Assembly: GCA_001825315.1 (NCBI GenBank)
Contig: MHVR01000005.1
Span: 5,761-46,179, forward strand
Source: Candidatus Zambryskibacteria bacterium RIFCSPHIGHO2_02_FULL_43_14
GTDB lineage: Bacteria; Patescibacteriota; Minisyncoccia; Phycocordibacterales; Zambryskibacteraceae
DNA length: 40,419 nt
Direction: 5' to 3'
Every line of letters begins with the position of its first letter. Within the stretch, counting starts at the first letter, position 1. The position numbers were made by a program, and so were the translations under genes. Of the stretch, positions 37,968 to 40,419 are shown one piece after another. The notes under the pieces are model-generated. The model did not search any database. It worked only from the letters and a program-made list of their open reading frames with translations, and was not told where the DNA came from.

Positions 37968-40043
37968 TCAACAAGATTTTATATCAATAACCTCGACGGC
38001 AACGGGTTCAGTCGGAATTTCGGTACTCTCTTCAGGAACAACTGTCTCCGGAATAATCGTCTCTTCAAGAATCATCTCTACTTGCCCAGCCGACGTATCT
38101 TCTACAACTTCAACAGAGGAAGAAATATCCAATAAAGACTGAGTCGAAGTGGATATTTTTATTTCTGGTTCTACAACCTCAATTTCTTCTATAGAAGTTG
38201 GGGATGGACCATTTGTTGCTGTAGGAGTAGATAAATCAAAAATGGGAGAAAATATATTTACCAATTCAACGGGGATAATTTCTGTGTTTTTTTCCAAAAC
38301 ATTATTTGACTTACCAGGTGTCGGTATTGGGTCTACAAATGAGCCAGTGCCATTAGGGATGCGCGCGTAAGATTTGTTACTTGGAATATTGCTACCATTG
38401 ACACAATCACCATCAGGATCTGAGGGAATCTCGTCATTTATCTCTCCAGAGGTAGGAATTAGATCACAATAATCATAGTCTGAAGTATATGCGTATGAAT
38501 CTTGAAGTATATTACTGGCGTTGAAGAGCTTCACTGTATCACCAGTATTATTCCATACTGATTTGTTCATATAAACTACGAGATAACCACTGGCAGGAAT
38601 AGTGGTCGTGGCTGGTAACGTATTTAGGTTTGTTATGTCTGTATTGCCCATACCGCCAGAAGCATCTTGTGTATACCAGCCACTAAGGTTAACGGGAGCC
38701 CCAGTAAGATTATATAGTTCGACCCATTCGCCTTGTGGTTTGTCACTACTGTCTGTCCCAAAATCGAAGATAAAGTCTGGATCACTTGCATCACAACTTG
38801 CGTTATTTTGGTCACTACAGAGTGGTCCGTCTGGACGTGGTAAGAATTCGTTGATAACGACAGAAGCCGCGATTGTTTCTGCTGTTATCGATATATGAAA
38901 TCGCTCTTCATCTCTGAAACCGCTAGTTTCAAATGACGGTACGCCGTCCATCCATGCTTTATAAATAAGATCAAATTCGCACGTTTCGCCCCCAGTTATC
39001 GACTGACCAGAGAGAACCGAGATGGCAAAATCCCAGAGGCCAAAATCCACTGTCGTTCCGACTGAAAATGCTGATAAGGCGCCGCTATATGAAAGCACGT
39101 CGCTTGTGGCACTAAGAGCAAGCGCATCACACAAACTATCATCGCCACCAGTCTTCTCATACTCTACAGTATATTGCGTTGGCAAGCTTCCAACTACCAA
39201 GGAAACATTGGTCTGGAACTGTGATTCATCACTAGTGCTATTACTAATAACCCCTTCAAACCCAGTGTTCGAGAGAATGATATCGAGAATGCCTGCATCG
39301 AAAACACTTCCGCTAGAACTTTCGGCGTCTGAAAAATACGAAGTCGTACCGCTGAATCCTGTAAAAATCAAACCTATGCCAAAGAAAATAAAAACACTTA
39401 TTGTAAAAGGCGCTTTTGTCTTTCTCTTGGTATTATCAGAATAGACAAAATAAACCGGTCGCAAGACATCATCCATCTGATGAATACGTTTAAGCACTTT
39501 ATTTGTGGGAACTTTGGTCGAATCCCCTTTCTTACGTCGGATTACCTTGCGAATTTCTTTCCCAATATCGATAATTTCGTTGAGAATAACTAGCGCGGCG
39601 GGAAATGCAATAAGAAGTATAAATCCGACCGGCTGTCTGGCGAAGTCTAATAGATAACCGACATTCGGCGCGGTGAAAATTACTTTTCCTATGACATCAT
39701 TTTTCTTGACAGACGTCGGATCAGGTTCTTCGTTAGCATCGCCTTTTGCTTGATATAAGATTTTGTCTTGTATTTCACTAATTGAGATTATGCGGTGAGT
39801 CGTTGGGTAAGAAATGGAACTATCTTCTCCGAAAGTTATAATGTCTCCCACGTTGTAGACAGAAGCAGGCTTGATCACCACAATACTACCGGTCTTAATA
39901 AATGGCTCCATTGAGCCAGATTTTACGATCTTAATTTCAATATTGCCTTTTATCGGCAGAAGCGGGGCAAAGAAAAGAGAGGCCACTCCCACAAGAAGAA
40001 ACATGAATATTCCGTATGTAGCTTTGGCTATGAATCTTTTCAT
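37968..40043 (-). CDS. Fusion of SipW-type signal peptidase I, SipW-cognate (TasA-like) domain and lamin-tail-like domain
   Basis: SGSMEP, THRII, KGDAN; then GTTSYFSDAE...FDAGILDI; then VVINEFLP...EWVELYN...WNNTGDTVKL...PTPG. Confidence 0.88.
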   Translation of the reverse strand: MKRFIAKATYGIFMFLLVGVASLFFAPLLPIKGNIEIKIVKSGSMEPFIKTGSIVVIKPASVYNVGDIITFGEDSSISYPTTHRIISISEIQDKILYQAKGDANEEPDPTSVKKNDVIGKVIFTAPNVGYLLDFARQPVGFILLIAFPAALVILNEIIDIGKEIRKVIRRKKGDSTKVPTNKVLKRIHQMDDVLRPVYFVYSDNTKRKTKAPFTISVFIFFGIGLIFTGFSGTTSYFSDAESSSGSVFDAGILDIILSNTGFEGVISNSTSDESQFQTNVSLVVGSLPTQYTVEYEKTGGDDSLCDALALSATSDVLSYSGALSAFSVGTTVDFGLWDFAISVLSGQSITGGETCEFDLIYKAWMDGVPSFETSGFRDEERFHISITAETIAASVVINEFLPRPDGPLCSDQNNASCDASDPDFIFDFGTDSSDKPQGEWVELYNLTGAPVNLSGWYTQDASGGMGNTDITNLNTLPATTTIPASGYLVVYMNKSVWNNTGDTVKLFNASNILQDSYAYTSDYDYCDLIPTSGEINDEIPSDPDGDCVNGSNIPSNKSYARIPNGTGSFVDPIPTPGKSNNVLEKNTEIIPVELVNIFSPIFDLSTPTATNGPSPTSIEEIEVVEPEIKISTSTQSLLDISSSVEVVEDTSAGQVEMILEETIIPETVVPEESTEIPTEPVAVEVIDIKSC

Positions 40044-40051
40044 TTATTTAA

Positions 40052-40419
40052 TTAATTCCATCTGTTCCACCTAAATCGATTAAACCAGCCCGTAATACCA
40101 TGATTAATATTCCTCTTGTCTTTTTTATCATCGTGGCCATCATAGTCATTGTTGGAGTGATCATCGTCATCATCTTCATCGTCATATCCGCCACTCATCG
40201 AGAGCGGGCAGAAAATGGTATTCTGTTCTTCGAACAAATCTTTTAAAGTCTCATAATCTCCTCCGGGATAAACGGCGTTGAACATGTTTATCACTTCCGC
40301 AACTGTATAGGCGAAGTCTATGTCAGGATTGGCTGCGTTAAGAAGCGCGGCTACAGTTTGTCTGCCAAGCGCGTTAAGCCCTCCCCCGCCCTGATTCAAA
40401 ACTTGCAGGAGCGACTTAT
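40052..40419 (-). CDS. Probable secreted protein, 3' part only (start beyond the right edge)
   Basis: Frame is open to the edge (KSLLQVLNQGGGGLNALGRQTVAALLNAA); Asp/His-rich tail ending in GWFNRFRWNRWN; 8 bp from the sipW fusion. Confidence 0.75.
   Translation of the reverse strand, partial: KSLLQVLNQGGGGLNALGRQTVAALLNAANPDIDFAYTVAEVINMFNAVYPGGDYETLKDLFEEQNTIFCPLSMSGGYDDEDDDDDHSNNDYDGHDDKKDKRNINHGITGWFNRFRWNRWN

Overview
Bacterial chromosomal window read in the standard bacterial code (table 11). Gene content and shortened proteins point to a Patescibacteria (CPR, Parcubacteria-like) genome; this assignment is an inference. Core blocks are: translation (tsf, rpsB, a short prfA, rpmE, rplY); central carbon metabolism (gap, rpiB, rpe, split transketolase, pfkB, fba, FAD oxidoreductase); lemA-htpX-GGDEF; groES-groEL; secG-SBP-rnj-MFS; pyrG; and ftsEX. 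There are three tRNAs (Thr-TGT, Ser-GGA, Gln-CTG), each with accessory DNA at its 3' side. The most unusual region lies after tRNA-Gln (about 31.5-34.0 kb). There an HUH/Y1 (RAYT-like) transposase is embedded in an array of oriented 27-bp palindromes that delimit single passenger genes, and two of those genes are cut off at or next to a repeat, which resembles a cassette-capture system. Other highlights are a SipW-type signal peptidase fused to its own TasA-like substrate, a PaaX/Cas2-like gene bracketed by twin operator-like palindromes, a palindromic element translated inside rpiB, and widespread leaderless-type promoters. All calls come from reading motifs by eye; no database search was run.
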